Of a stretch of DNA of 64,000 nucleotides, positions 12,672 to 26,199 are shown piece by piece. Position 1 is the stretch's first letter, and each line of letters begins with the position of its first letter. A program made the position numbers and the translations under genes. This DNA comes from Octopus sinensis (lineage: Eukaryota): contig NC_042998.1 in assembly GCF_006345805.1 (NCBI RefSeq), positions 32,302,001 to 32,366,000 on the forward strand, written 5' to 3'. The notes beneath the pieces are model-generated. The model saw nothing but the letters and a program-made list of their open reading frames with translations. It was not told where the DNA came from and searched no databases.

Positions 12672-12900
12672 GTGTATGTGTGTGTGTGTGGTTATGTGTC
12701 TGTCTGTTTGTTACCCCACCATCACTTGAAAACAAATGTTGGTGTGTTTACGTCCCCGTAACTTAGCAGATCAGCAAAAGAGACTGAAAAAATAAATACT
12801 AGGCTTACAAAGAATAAGTCCTGGGGGGTTGATATTTGTTTGACTAAACGCAGTGCTCCAGCATGGCCACAGTCAAGTGACTGAAACAAATAAAAGAATA
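12672..12900 (+). mobile_element. SINE family A, 3' half
   Basis: GTTGGTGTGTTTACGTCCCCGTAACTTAGC...GACTGAAACAAATAAAAG. Confidence 0.85.
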
Positions 12901-12904
12901 CCTT

Positions 12905-13320
12905 CCTTCTGGTTCCATTCAATTTTTCAACAATTTGGATTTTTAATTTTTCTGCCTTATATTTCTTTGACAAGAAGTGTTTTAAATGCTAATTATTTTT
13001 CACTCCATTGCAGTTGTAAGGGTTACTGATGAATTTTTCTGAAGGTGTGTTTATGTGGAGGTCGGGGAGGTCCCTTAATTTTACTAGGCTCCACCTAACT
13101 ACATGCTCTTCAGGCAGAAATTATCCATAGAAAAAAAATTTTGCATGTCATTATAGAAACGAAATGATGGCAAAAAAAGTTTCAATGAAATTAGAATTTG
13201 ATATTTATAACGTACCAAAAAGGAAGAGAAACATTAATCATAAACAGGCATGTGAGAATCGTCATCATCAGCATCACCATCATCACCATCATTATCATCA
13301 TCACCATCATCATCATCATC

Positions 13321-13381
<61 letters not shown>

Positions 13382-14082
13382 ATGACCATCTACATCAATT
13401 TCTGTTTCACAGAATGTGGGCAGAATGTTTTAAATCTTAGCTGTCTCTGATTTGTTAAGAGATTAAAAAAAGGGAGGGAAGCTTGTCTCAACCGTGACAC
13501 ATACATTATTTAATTAAACTACATACATTATTCAATACATTATTCAATTAAAGAAAGTTTTTGCCATTAGACATCAGTATATATTTACTGCAAGCAAATT
13601 AAACAAGAATAAAGAAAGCTCTTAAATATTAATAAAATTTTATCCATAATAACAACATATACAAACCTGTAATTGTAATTTCAAGCATCAGTTTTTTATT
13701 GGTAAGTGTACAGTATTTCTAAACAAGATCCTGTACTTTGAGTCTTCTTGGATACTTGAAATGCAGTTTTTGTTTTTGCTTTGTTTATTGTTTTTTGTTT
13801 TGTTCCACGTTCTTTTTTTGTTTTTTTGTTTGTCCTTCCTCATATTTTGACAGTTACTTTTATTTGAAAAAATATTTAATAACTGAATATATTTTGCTAA
13901 AGGTTATTCTTGTTTGTTTTTTCAAGTGGAATCAAACTTCAACAATTTGTTTTGTGATTGTCAACAGAAAAAAAGGAAGGGAATAAATCAAGGCAAACAT
14001 TAATCATAAACAGGCATGTGAGAATCGTCATCATCAGCATCACCATCATCACCATCATCACCATCATTATCATCACCATCAC

Positions 14083-14114
<32 letters not shown>

Positions 14115-14550
14115 CCATCACCATCATCATCATCTTCATCATCATCATCACCATCATGATCATGATCATGATCATCATCATCATCATCATGATCATCATC
14201 ATTGTCATCATCATCATCATCACCATCATCACCATCATCATCACCACCACCACCACCACCACCAGCACCACCATCATCATTATCATCATCATCATCATCA
14301 TCATCACCATCATCATCACCATCACCACCACCATCATCATTATCATCATCATCATCATCATCATCACCATCATCATCACCATCACCACCACCATCATCAT
14401 TATCATCATCATCATCATCATCATCATCAGTAGCATTTCATTCTTATCTCTATGCAATGTGACAATATTTATAGTTCGTTAACTTTGCATGAGCTGTATG
14501 TATTATGTACAAACTTTGTATTACATATTTCATTTAATTTAATTTTTCCA
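12905..14550. repeat. Old locally repeated block A, copy 2, with (CAT/CAC)n arrays at 13260-13382 and 14025-14430
   Basis: Shared anchors with copies 1 and 3. Confidence 0.75.
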
Positions 14551-14552
14551 TA

Positions 14553-14951
14553 ACAGGAGTGGCTGTGTGGTAAGAAGCTTGCCTCCCAACTACATCGTTT
14601 TGGGTTCAATTGCACAGCATGTCACCTTGGGCAAGTGTCTTATATTATGTTCTTGGGCTGACCAAAGCCCTGTGTGTGGACTTGGTAGGCGGAAACTGAA
14701 AGGAGCCCATCATGTATTTGTGTGTGTGTGTGTGTGTTTGTGTATTTGTTCTCCACCGCTGCTTGACAACCGTTGTTGGTGGGTTTACATCCCTCACACT
14801 TAGCAATTTGGCAACATAAACCTATAGAATAAGTACCAGGGTTTTAAAAAAAATTTCTGGAGTTGATTCACTCAATTAAAAATTCTTGAAGGTGATGCCC
14901 CAGCATGGCCTCAGTCTAATAACTGAAACAGGGAGCAACAAAAGATAAAAG
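14553..14951 (+). mobile_element. SINE family A (diverged)
   Basis: ACAGGAGTGGCTGTGTGGTAAGAAGC head, CCCAGCATGGCC 3' part. Confidence 0.85.
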
Positions 14952-15024
14952 CTAACAAGACGACTTGAATTCTATATTAGGTTTGGTTAAAGTTGCTGTT
15001 GGATACAGCATAGCTTGGTTAAGC

Positions 15025-15647
15025 ACCATCCGATCATGGTTGATGCCAGCTCCTCTGGCCCCTGTGCTGCTGGCACGTAAAAAGCACCCACCGCACTCTT
15101 GGAGTGGTTGGTATTAGGAAGGGCATCCAGCTGTAGAAACAATGCCAGATCAGACTGGAGCCTGGTGCAGCCTCCTGGCTTCCCAGACTCCAGACAAACC
15201 TATTTCTTTACTACCCACAAGGGGCTAAACACAGAGAGGACAAACAAGGACAGAGAAATGGATTAAGTGGATTATATCTACTCCAGTGCGAAACTGGTAC
15301 TTAATTTATTGACCCCAAAAGGATGAAAGGCAAAGTCAACCTCGGCGGAATTTGAACTCAGAACGTAACCGCAGACGAAATACCTATTTCTTTACTACAC
15401 ACAAGGGGCTAAACATAGAGAGGACAAACAAGGACAGACAAACGCATTAAGTCAATTACATTGACCCCAGTGCATAACTGGTACTTAATTTATCGATCCC
15501 GAAAGGATGAAAGGCAAAGTTGACCTCGGCGGAATTTGAACTCAGAATGTAACGGCAGATGAAATACCGCTAAGCATTTCGCACGGTGTGCTACCGATTC
15601 TGCCAGCTTGCCAACTCATGCCAGCAGGGAAAACGGACGTTAAATGG

Positions 15648-15690
<43 letters not shown>
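15025..15690 (+). mobile_element. RTE-type 3'UTR fragment interrupted by an antisense multi-unit SINE B (15198-15612)
   Basis: GGAAGGGCATCCAGCTGTAGAAAC before, GGAAAACGGACGTTAAAT(GAT)n after the SINE. Confidence 0.85.
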
Positions 15691-15838
15691 CCTCTCATTC
15701 ATTTCTGCTGCTTCTACTTCAAATCAGTTCTCTTCCAAGCATCTTTCAACACAACTCTGATTGAAACATCTTTATTTATCCAATGAATCGTTATTTTCAT
15801 TTTATCAAGAATTCTGTCTGCTCTTATTATTAATTATT

Positions 15839-16000
15839 TAACCCTTTCGTTACCATATTCCAGTTGAAATGCACCACCATCGCTTCAATTAATTAGAAAT
15901 ATAATGAAGATTTTAGTAAAATAATTTCGTCATTATTAAACTTGTGTTTGGAACAAACATTAACATAAAATTTTAATGAAAAGTTTTAAATTAGAGAATT
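15839..16000. mobile_element. Partial piggyBac-type MITE
   Basis: TTAA|CCCTTTCGTTACC end; antisense homology to 24381-24855 family. Confidence 0.55.
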
Positions 16001-16367
16001 AGGCTTTTGTTAATCGTTGAACATATAAGAATAACAAAAATGAAGACATCATTTTTTTTTTCCTTTCTCCATTTTTAATTTTGCTGTTATGTTTGCATCC
16101 TTGAAGTTTTTTAAATATAATTTAATCTTGCATTTTGTCTTTCGGCTTAATTTTGATTGTCCTTATTAAAGTGTCTTTATCATTGCTTATATAGTTATGT
16201 TCACCAACTGCATTTTTTCTCCAGATTTTGAAGGGGTTTTTCTTATCATTGTAATTACTAATTAGATCATATATTTTCATCATTAAGATGCATGGGTTAG
16301 CAGCGAGTCTTATAGTGCATTAAATATTTCATTTACCCTGAAACTTATCCCCTTTCTACGATTGCTT

Positions 16368-16720
16368 TCATCATCATCATCATCATCATTATTTAACGTC
16401 CACTTTCCATGCTAGCATGGGTTGGACGATTTGACTGAGGACTGGTGAACCAGATGGCTGCATCAGGCTTCAATCTAAACTGGCAGAGTTTCTACAGCTG
16501 GATGCCCTTCCTAATGCTTTCTCAATATGAAACCAAAACTAACAACTTCACCTGTGTTAGTGCCATGTAAAAAGCATTGAGTCCATTCTGTGCGGTGGAT
16601 GGTGTTAGAAAGAGCATCCAACTGTAAAACCCCTGCCAAAACAGACACAGTAGCCTAGGGTAGTTTTCCTACCTGTCTGGCTCCTGTCAACCGTCCTACA
16701 CATGCATGTATGGAAGATGG
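16368..16720. mobile_element. Two RTE-type 3'UTR fragments in opposite orientations
   Basis: Minus 16368-16520; decayed plus copy ~16560-16720. Confidence 0.75.
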
Positions 16721-16799
16721 ATATCAAACGATAATGATGATGAATATTATGCACATTATTTACATTAGAAGGATATTTGTCCTCATCTTGTTTGTTGTT

Positions 16800-16845
16800 A
16801 ACACAACGTTTCGACTGATTTACTCTCCAGCCTTCTTCAGGTGTC
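16800..16845 (-). ncRNA. Minimal HHR motif of family H with intact catalytic core
   Basis: GACAC-CTGAAGA-A-GGCTG-gagagtaaat-CAGTC-GAAAC-GT-T-GTGTT; palindromic ACGT stem III. Confidence 0.72.
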
Positions 16846-16908
16846 TTGGGGAAATTTTGAATCTGGGTTCTCATTCCTAAGGTATTCTTCTTCTTCTTCT
16901 TCTTCTTC

Positions 16909-16974
<66 letters not shown>

Positions 16975-17738
16975 TATTTTTGACTTTTGCTTTATGTCTG
17001 TACAAGTTGGCTCCAAGTCTCACCCAGAGACCTCAAGAAAAGACAGGTTGGTAGTTCACGTTGTTGTCATGCCTAGTGTGCCATATATTTGTTGTTTTTT
17101 CTTGGTGTTGTACTAGTGAATGTCTAATACATAAGTTAAAAAAAAAAAAAGTTTGTTTTAAACCTTGGGATTACATAGAGAGTATTTTGCGTAGGATATG
17201 AGCAGTTCTCATGAGCACTATCTTTTGAATTTCTGCCATTTTGGGGTTTCCTGGTATCTGAGTTAGGTAGCAATCATCCCCTTTCGCTATCATTCCCAGG
17301 GCACCTATGACAACAGGTATTGTTTTAGTCTTCAGCTTCCACATTTTGCTGATTTCTATTTCAAGATCTTTATATTTGCTCAGTTTTTGGTAGGTCTTGA
17401 CAGATACGTTTATATCGATTGGGACAGTCATATCAATGAGGAGGCATGTTCTTTGTCTGAAGTCTTTCAATATGATGTCTCGCCTATTTGCATCTATCTT
17501 TCTGTCAGTTTGAATGGTGAAGTTCCAGAGGAGTGAGATGTGGTCATTTTCAAGCACTGGATGTGGATTGTGTTCCCACCAGTTTTTTTTCATGGGGCAA
17601 ATCCAGGTTTTTGCAAATTACCCAGTGAATATATTGTGCAGCTCTATCATGCCTGTTGAGGTACTCTGTAGGCGCTAGAAGACTGCATTTGGAGACAACA
17701 TGATCAATGGTTTCATTTTGTTGTCGGCATACACGACA
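16975..17738 (-). pseudogene. 3' end of R4/Dong-like non-LTR retrotransposon (CCHC knuckle plus REL endonuclease)
   Basis: CRVCRQQNETIDHVVSKC...RHD upstream, one-base slip in the A-run at 17583-17590, then ORF 17171-17593 with IDMTVPID...KLSKYKDL...IPVVIGALG; flanked by (TTA)n. Confidence 0.88.
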
Positions 17739-17780
<42 letters not shown>

Positions 17781-18290
17781 GATTATTATTATTCAGGACA
17801 CTGCCTGGAATCAAACTCAGAATCTTGAGGTTAGTAGCCCACACTCTTAACTACTGTGCCATATGCTCATGATGAAGGCTGGAGGGTATATCAGCTGAAA
17901 CGTTGTGTTAACAATGAACAACATGAGGACAAGTATCTATCAAATGTAAATAATGTAAATAATGTAAATAATTCCTCATCTCTTAAATATAGTAATGATG
18001 ATGAATGTATGCTCATACGGTCTCATATGTCCATCACAATTTTTGGGTCTTATTTCAGTAAACCCCATAACATCTAGAATAGTTCAACATCACATAAATT
18101 ATGTGCTGCATTGCTGGTATATTTAAAGTCCTAAATATGAGAGGATTTTTTTCAGTTTTAATGGAAAAATGAATGCAGATTATCTCAGTCTCCCAACAGA
18201 TCATGTATGATAAATAGTTTGCTTACATCCTCATTAAAGTGTTTCAATAGACAGGTAAATATATAGCACCTGTTACTTTCTCTCCATATA

Positions 18291-19111
18291 CACAGTCATA
18301 CAGGAAGTAAATAGACACCTTTAAGTTTCAAAATTTCTGATCTTAGCGTCTTAATATGTTTTCAGCGGTGTAGAATTTACAGTGTAATTATTCTTTTTGA
18401 TTCCAGGGGCCATTATATTAAACATTTGCGAAGAGTAACCATGCCACACACAAAAAAATCAGCAGAACTGTCAAATTTTGAAAGAGTTTGTATTGTTGGG
18501 CAATCTGAGGCTGGTCTTAGCTAGCGAAAAATTGCCGAAAATCTTCAAATTCCTCTTGTTACTGTTAATAGAATTATAGTGCAATTCAAAAGCCAAGGAA
18601 AAGAATCAACAGATTCTCGTCCATGCTGACCTGAGCCCTCGAAAAGGAAGCCTCGCTGTTTGAAGAGAATTGTGGAAAACAACCCTGTTCAAAGGCTTCT
18701 GACTTTGCAAAACAGCTAGATGTTAGTCCAGGAATGTGTGTTACATATCTGCATAAGCTCAGGTATTATGGACAAGGCAGCGAGCTGGCAGAAACGTTAG
18801 CATGCCGGGCGAAATGCTGAGCGGTATTTCGTCTGCCGCTATGTTCTGAGTTCAATTCCGCTGAGGTTGACTTTGCTTTTCATCCTTTCGGAGTCGATTA
18901 AATAAGTACCAGTTATGCACTGGGATCGATATAATCGACTTAATCTGTGTGTCTGTCCTTGTTTGTCCCCTCTGTGTTTAGCCCCATGTGGTTAGTAAAG
19001 AAATAGGTATTATGGACGAGCAGCTTGTAGAAAACCTCTCCTTCAACCAATTAATATCAAATAAAAGATTTTGAAAATTAAAGGTGTCTATTTACTTCGT
19101 GCATGTCTGTG
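18291..19111 (+). mobile_element. Internally deleted Tc1-family DNA transposon with SINE B inserted (18774-19010)
   Basis: TA|CACAG(T)CAT(A)CAGGAAGTAAATAGACACCTTTAA TIRs; decayed N-terminal HTH MPHTKKSAELSNFERVCIVGQSEAGLS*RKIAENL; SINE TSD AGGTATTATGGAC (18761-18773, 19005-19017). Confidence 0.88.
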
Positions 19112-19259
19112 TATATCAGGTCATTGACTTTGCTTTCTCACTTTGACAGGTTTTGTTGTTTATTTAACCAGTTGTAGTTTCACACAACCTGCTGACCCAT
19201 ATAACATGTTGTACAAATAACGAAATACAACAATTATAGAATTAATAGACCTGCTTGAA

Positions 19260-19270
19260 ACTAATGAATT

Positions 19271-19307
<37 letters not shown>

Positions 19308-19775
19308 CCACCATCGTCACCATCATCGTCACCACCACCACCATCATCGTCATCACCACCACCATCATCGTCATCATCACCATCATCATCATTATCATCA
19401 TCATCATCATCGTTTAACGTCTGCTTTCCATGCTAGCATGGGTTGGATGATTTGACTGAGGTCTGGAGAACCAGATGGCTGCACCAGGCTCCAATCTAAT
19501 CTGGCAGAGTTTCTACAGCTAGATGCCCTTCCTAATGCCAACCACTCTGAGAATGTAGTGGATGCTTTTAAAGTGCCACCGGCACGAGGGCCAGTCTGGC
19601 AGTACTGGCAACAGCCACACTCAAATGGTGCTTTTTATGTGCCACCTGCACAGGAGCCAGTCCAGTGGCACTGGCAATGACCTTGCTTGAATGTTTTTTC
19701 CTGTGCCACCAGCACAAGTGCCAGTAAGGCGACACAGGTAACGATCATGCTCGAATGGTGCTTTTTACGTACTAA
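19260..19775 (-). mobile_element. RTE-type 3'UTR fragment with expanded (GAT/GGT)n tail
   Basis: Homology to 58989-59610. Confidence 0.85.
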
Positions 19776-19954
19776 ATTGAACATGTTACCACCGACTCAC
19801 TTATATATTCTATTTGGATAAACAATCCATGAAAATATTCCAATATTATCGTTTTTGAATTACCTGATCAGTAATAGTTTTAATTCTGAACTTATATTCT
19901 TTTTAATACATCCTTACATTGAGATAAGCCAAAAATCAGTTTAATTACTAAATA

Positions 19955-20410
19955 GGCACAGGTGTGGCAGTGTGGCACGAAGCTTGCTTCACAACCACAT
20001 GTCCTGAGTTCAGTCCCACTGTATGACACCTTGGACAAGTGTCTTCTTATTAGCTTCAGGCTGACCAAAGCCTCAGCTATGGATTTGGTGGATGGAAATT
20101 GAATGATAAACCGCATGTGTGTGTGACTGTAACTCTGTGTGTGTGTGTGTGAGGCTGTGTGTGTATCTGTGACAGTGTGTGATTTTGTGTGTGTGTGTGC
20201 ATGTGACTGAGTCTGTGTATGTGTATCTGTGACAGTGTGTGACTGCGTGCGTGTGCATGCATGTGTGTGTGTATGTCTTCTGCCACCACTTGACAACCAG
20301 TGTTGGAGTGTTTACATCCCCATAACTTGGTGAGAATAAGTACCTGATTTTAAAAGTGCTGCTCCAGCATGGCCGCAATCCAATGACTAAAAAAGTGAAA
20401 GGTAGAAGAT
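19955..20410 (+). mobile_element. SINE family A (diverged)
   Basis: Head and 3' CCAGCATGGCCGCA motif. Confidence 0.8.
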
Positions 20411-20419
20411 AGATATGTG

Positions 20420-22620
20420 AACCAAACCTTTTTGCATGGAACTGTTCAATTTTTAATCAATTTGTATTTTGGAATTTCTCAACCTTGTATTTCTTCGACA
20501 AGAACTATCATTGACGCTAATTATATTTTGTGTCATTGCAGTTGTAAGAGTTATTGATTAAAAGTTGTGGTGGTGGGGGTCCCTACATTTCGTTAATTAC
20601 ATGTTCCTGCAAGCCAAAATTACCTGTGGAAAGTTTCTCGTGTCATTATAAAAAGTAAAATTATAGAAAATTCGGTTTAATGACAAAGTAATTTGATATT
20701 TATATGGTATCAGCAAGAATGGATGGCCATCGACATCACATCCTGCTTCACAAAAATGTAGGTGGGATGCTTATAATCTGATCCATCTCTGATTTGTTAA
20801 GACAAAACAGGAAAGAATCTTGTCTCAATATTAACACCTATTTATCAGGTTTATATATTTGTTAAGAAATTTGCTATATATTTGTTATATATTTGTTATA
20901 ATATTTGTTATATATTTGTTATTATATTTGTTATTATATATTATTATTATATTTGTTATATATTTGTTATTATATTTGTTATTATATTTGTTATAATATT
21001 TGTTATATATTTGTTATATATTTGTTATAATATTTGTTATATATTTGTTATTATATTTGTTATTATATATTATTATTATATCTGTTATATATTTATTATA
21101 TTTGTTATTATATTTGTTATAATATTTGTTATATATTTGTTATTATATTTCTTATTATATATTATTATTATATTTGTTATATATTTGTTATTATATTTGT
21201 TATTATATTTGTTATTATATTTGTTATAATATTTGTTATTATATATTATTATTATATTTGTTATATATTTGTTATTATATTTGTTATTATATTTATTATA
21301 ATATTTGTTATATATTTGTTATTATATTTGTTATTATATATTATTATTATATTTGTTAAATATTTATTATTATATTTGTTATTATATTTTTTATAATAGT
21401 TGTTATATATTTGTTATAATATTTGTTAGATATTTGTTTATTATATTTGTTATATATTTGTTATTATATTTGTTATTATATTTGTTATAATATTTGTAAT
21501 ATATTTGTTATTATATATTATTATTATATTTGTTATATATTTGTTATATATTTGTTATTATATTTGTTATATATTATTATTATATTTGTTATATTTGTTA
21601 TTATATTTGTTATAATATTTGTAATATATTTGTTATTATATATTATTATTATATTTGTTATATATTTGTTATTATATTTGTTATTATATTTGTTATATAT
21701 TTATTATTATATTTGTTATTATATATTATAATCACATTTGTTATATATTTGTTACTAAATTTGTTATTATATTTGTTATAATATTTGTAATATATTTGTT
21801 ATTATATTTGTTACTATATTTGTTATAATATTTGTTATATATTTGTTAAGGTGGGATGCTTATAATATGATCCATCTCTGATTTGTTAAGACAAAACAGG
21901 AGATAATCTTGTCTCAACATTAACACCAACATGAACACCTATTTATTCAATTAAAGTAAGCTCTATATTGTGTGATTTTTGCCATGAGGTAATATATTTA
22001 ATGCTGACAAATTTATATTAGAAATATAAAAGACTCTTCTAAAATGTTAATAAGATTTCTTATATAACACAATCTATTTCCCAGGGTAATAATTTCCAGC
22101 CTCACTTTCCTATTGGTAAACAAAGTAATCCTACATAAATTCCTGTACTTCAAATCAGTTTGGATAATTCAAATAGAATCACTTGCGTGTTTTTCATTTT
22201 GTTTTTCTCCATTAGCCAGTTACTTATATTTGAAAAATATTTAATAACTGAATAGATTGCTAAAGGTTATTCTTGATTTCAAGTGGAATCAAACTTCAGC
22301 AATTTGTTTTCCTCGTATTGATTTTGATTATATTTCACATCCATTATTCTTAGGAACAGATTAAAGAAAAACAAAGAAAAAAAGGAAGCAAAGTAGAAAT
22401 GTGAGACTTATCTCACCACCACCACCACCACCACCACTACCAACACCACTGCCACCACCGCCACCACCACCACCACCACTACCAACACCACTGCCACCAC
22501 AACCATCATCATTGTGATCAGTGTCAAATATTACTATATTACAATGGTTATAATTCATTAACTTTGTAAAATCTGTGTAAATTAACTTTGTATTATTAGT
22601 TCTACGATAATTTGTTAATG
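20420..22620. repeat. Old locally repeated block A, copy 3
   Basis: Shared anchors; (CCA)n at 22415-22505 replaces (CAT)n. Confidence 0.75.
20850..21849. repeat. ~1-kb AT-only minisatellite built of TATATTTGTTAT/TTATTA variants
   Basis: Direct inspection; bracketed by a 78-bp duplication (20761-20838, 21850-21927). Confidence 0.92.
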
Positions 22621-22656
22621 ACTTGAATAATATTTCATCTGTGGCTAACTGTTTTT

Positions 22657-23032
22657 TACTCTTTTACTTGTTTCAGTCATTTGACTGTGGCCATGCTGGA
22701 GCACCGCCTTTAGTTGAGCAAATCGATCCCAGAGCTTATTCCTTGTGAGCCTAGTACTTATTCTATCGTTCTCTTTCACCGAACTGCTAAGTTATGGGGA
22801 TGTAAATACACCAGCATCGGTTGTAAGCGACGTTGAGGAGGGGACAAGCACAGACACACAAAGATATACATATATATATATATATATATATACGATGGGC
22901 TTCCTCCAGTTTCCTTCTATCAAATCCACTCACAACGCTTTGGTCGGCCCAAAGCTATAGTAGAAGACACTTGCCCAAGGTGCCATGCAGTGGGACTGAA
23001 CACGAGATCATGTGATTGGTAAGTAAGCTACA
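22657..23032 (-). mobile_element. SINE family A
   Basis: Reverse-complement homology. Confidence 0.9.
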
Positions 23033-23121
23033 AAGTATATTTTCACTGGAAATGTGAAGTATGATAGATACCTATTTTCCAAAGTATAGAGAGAGAAGAT
23101 ATTTACAGAGTATTAAGATAA

Positions 23122-23329
23122 TACAGTTCTATATTTAAGAGATGAGGAATTATGTACATTATTTACATTATTTACATTTGATGGATATTTGTCCTCATCT
23201 TGTTTGTTGTTAACACAACATTTCGGCTAATGTACTCTCCAGCCTTCATCAGGTGTCTTGGGGAAATTTCGAACCTGGGTTCTCATTCCTAAGGTATTTT
23301 CAATGTTGTTATTATTATTATTATTATTA

Positions 23330-23360
<31 letters not shown>

Positions 23361-23374
23361 CATCATTATTATCA

Positions 23375-23432
<58 letters not shown>

Positions 23433-23734
23433 CATCATTATTATCAGTATTATTATACGCCCACTGACATATGGCGTAGTGGTTAGCAATGCAGGCTACT
23501 AACCCCAACATTCCGAGTTCAATTCCAGGCTGTAACCTGAATAATAATAATAATAATGATAATAATAATAATAATAATATCGAAAAATACCTTCGGAATG
23601 AGAACCCAGGTTCGAAATTTTCCCAAGACACCTGATAAAGGCTGTGTTGTGTTAACAAAATGTTGTGTTAACAAAAAACAAGATGAGGACAAATATCTGT
23701 CAAATGTAAATAATGTAAATAATATAAATAATGC
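23122..23734. mobile_element. Family H pair 4
   Basis: Minus tail with HHR motif 23212-23257, (TTA)n, centre GCCCACTGACATATGG, plus head TGGCGTAGTGG...GAGTTCAATTCC, (AAT)n, plus tail. Confidence 0.88.
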
Positions 23735-23904
23735 AAGGATTAAGAGATACAAAGTCTGTTATTGTTAGTGCAGTGTGTCCGAGGTTGAATTGCTCAACTC
23801 ATAATGGCTTTTCAAGGAAGCTATAAATAATATAAATTTATCCTTAATTAAAATAACTCGTATAGGGATGACAGCAGGTATCACTAAATGAATAGTTGAT
23901 GCCA

Positions 23905-24115
23905 GGCCCGCTTGACTGGCTCCTGTGCTGGTGGCATATAAATAGCACCCACTACACTCTCAGAGTGGTTGGCGTTAGGAAGGGCATCCAGCTGTAGAAA
24001 ACTTGCCAGATCAGATTGGAGCCTGGTGCAGCCACTGGCTCTCGAGACTGCAGTCAATCCGTCCAAACCAGGAGGCCATCATGGAAAATGGACGTTAAAT
24101 GATGATGATGATGAT
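23905..24115 (+). mobile_element. RTE-type 3'UTR fragment
   Basis: GGTTGGCGTTAGGAAGGGCATCCAGCTGTAG...(GAT)n. Confidence 0.85.
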
Positions 24116-24380
24116 TTTTTTTGTTCCTAGTTATTGCTTTTTTGTATCATACTCAACCTGAGCACATCATGATCAGTGACTGTCCATCCTTGAAATCTTG
24201 TCTTTTTCTCAAATGAGGGAATTCTAGACTACATTGTCAAAAAGTTTCTATTCTAAGAGTGTTATTTCAGAGAGATTTGGCTGCTATTTTTTGCGGTCCA
24301 AATGATTCTTGTATGCAGATACTATACCGTTGAATAACTCAACATAATAAGTAGTAATATAAACACTGAAATGTCTTTTA

Positions 24381-24855
24381 GCCCTTTCATTACCAACCCA
24401 CCTGAAACCGCCTCTGGCTCTGTAGTACAACTTGTTTTTATAAGTTCTGAATTAAAATCTTCCACCAAACTTTAGTCACAATTTATGTTCCTAACACTAG
24501 CTTAATGATAACCAAGTTATTTTACTAAATTCTTCATTATATTTAAAGTAATTGAAAGGCAAAACAGAGCATCGCAACAGAAATATGGCAACAAAAGGGT
24601 TAGAATATATAATAGAGAAACAATTCTTAACCCTTTTGATACGAACCTGCCTGAAACTAGCTCTGGCTCTGTAGAACAAATGTCTTGCTTTCATATGTTT
24701 GGAATTAAAATCTTCCACCAAACCTTAGTCACAATTTATGTTCCTAACACTAGCTTAATGATAACTAAGTTATTTTACTAAATTCTTTGTTATATTCAAA
24801 ATTAATTGAAAGAAACACAGAGCATCTCAAAAAAAAAAATACAGTAGCAAAATGG
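24381..24855. mobile_element. Two adjacent piggyBac-type MITEs
   Basis: 24381-24599 and 24631-24855 are homologous; TTAA|CCC...GGG|TTAA-type ends, partly mutated. Confidence 0.75.
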
Positions 24856-25548
24856 TTAAACATACGGTGCTGAGTTCTACTCCTGGATGGAGTAACTTAA
24901 TATAAGAGAAATAATGCTACGTGCAAATTGAAAGTAGCTTTTAGACTTGATCTTTAGCTGATTTATAGCTGTATCAAAATTCTTGCCATATGTATAAAAT
25001 GAACTTGTATTTATTTATTTTTAAATCATGAAACTATATTACATAACAATAATTTATCTATTGGTACATTTGAAATGGATATTGACAGGAAAAGAAAAAT
25101 AATATATCATGTACAAAACATATTACATAATGGTTTGTTCTGTATCCGTTGGTATATTTGAAATAAATTTTGGCAGAATACACAAAGTGATATATCATGT
25201 ACATAACCAAACGACTTTTTACAATACTCAATCATAGATGAAAACTTTCCGACTGCATTTATCTTTTTTTTACAACGAAATTGCTACATTAAAAATACTA
25301 CTACCACGATCACTATGAACTCCATGTGAATTGATGTGGTGCCAATTTTCAATTGGAAGATTAATACAGTTAATGGCAAATTGCATTATTGCAGGTTAGT
25401 GAATGTGTGTACAAGGCTGTTGTTGTTTGGCATTAAGTCAGTGCTCTTTGAGTTCACCTATAATCAAAGACATTCCAGCCATGACCATACAGTTTTTATT
25501 TTAACCTAATGGATCAAACACTACATTATCTTTATATCTTCTCTGTGT

Positions 25549-25712
25549 TATCTTTTGCTTGTTTCAGTCATTAGACTGTGGCCATGCTGGGGCAGCACCT
25601 TGAGGAATTTTAGTTGAATTTATTGATCTTGGTACTTTTTTCTTACAGGGACATAGACACACCAACACAGGTTGTCAAGCATTGGTGGAGGACAAATGCA
25701 GACAGAAAGACA

Positions 25713-25751
<39 letters not shown>

Positions 25752-25912
25752 GCAGGCTTCTTTTAGTTTCTGTCTACCAAATCCTCTCACAAGGCTTTGG
25801 TCAACCCAAGGCTATAGTAGAAGACACTTACCCAAGGTACCATGCAGTGGGACTGAACCTGGATGCATGTATTTGGAAGCAAACTTCTTACCACAAGGCC
25901 ATGCCTGCACCT
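25549..25912 (-). mobile_element. SINE family A (internally deleted)
   Basis: Reverse-complement homology. Confidence 0.8.
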
Positions 25913-26199
25913 ATACATCCATCGTCTTTAAAGATAGAGTATGATTTGATGGGAGTATAGCTGCTATAGCTGGAAAGCCAAGTGAACATACAATGGCTTC
26001 TTTGTGAGAAGATAGAAGGTAGTTGTAAAAAGTTACTGTTTTGCAGAGAGTTTGGGATATGAGACATAATGAGAAATATTTGGAACTAATGTAAGTTCAG
26101 TCTAAGATAGACAATGAGAGAGTTTAGACAGGTAGAACCATATTCATAGCAGTGAAATAGACAAAGGATTAACTGTGTGTAATGGTGATCCTGTTTTTA

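Larger units (their letters stand above)
16749..17992. mobile_element. Family H pair 3, with an R4/Dong-like LINE inserted in its (TTA)n
   Basis: Minus tail 16749-16885, minus head 17790-17868, plus tail resumes at the HHR core (17869). Confidence 0.85.
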
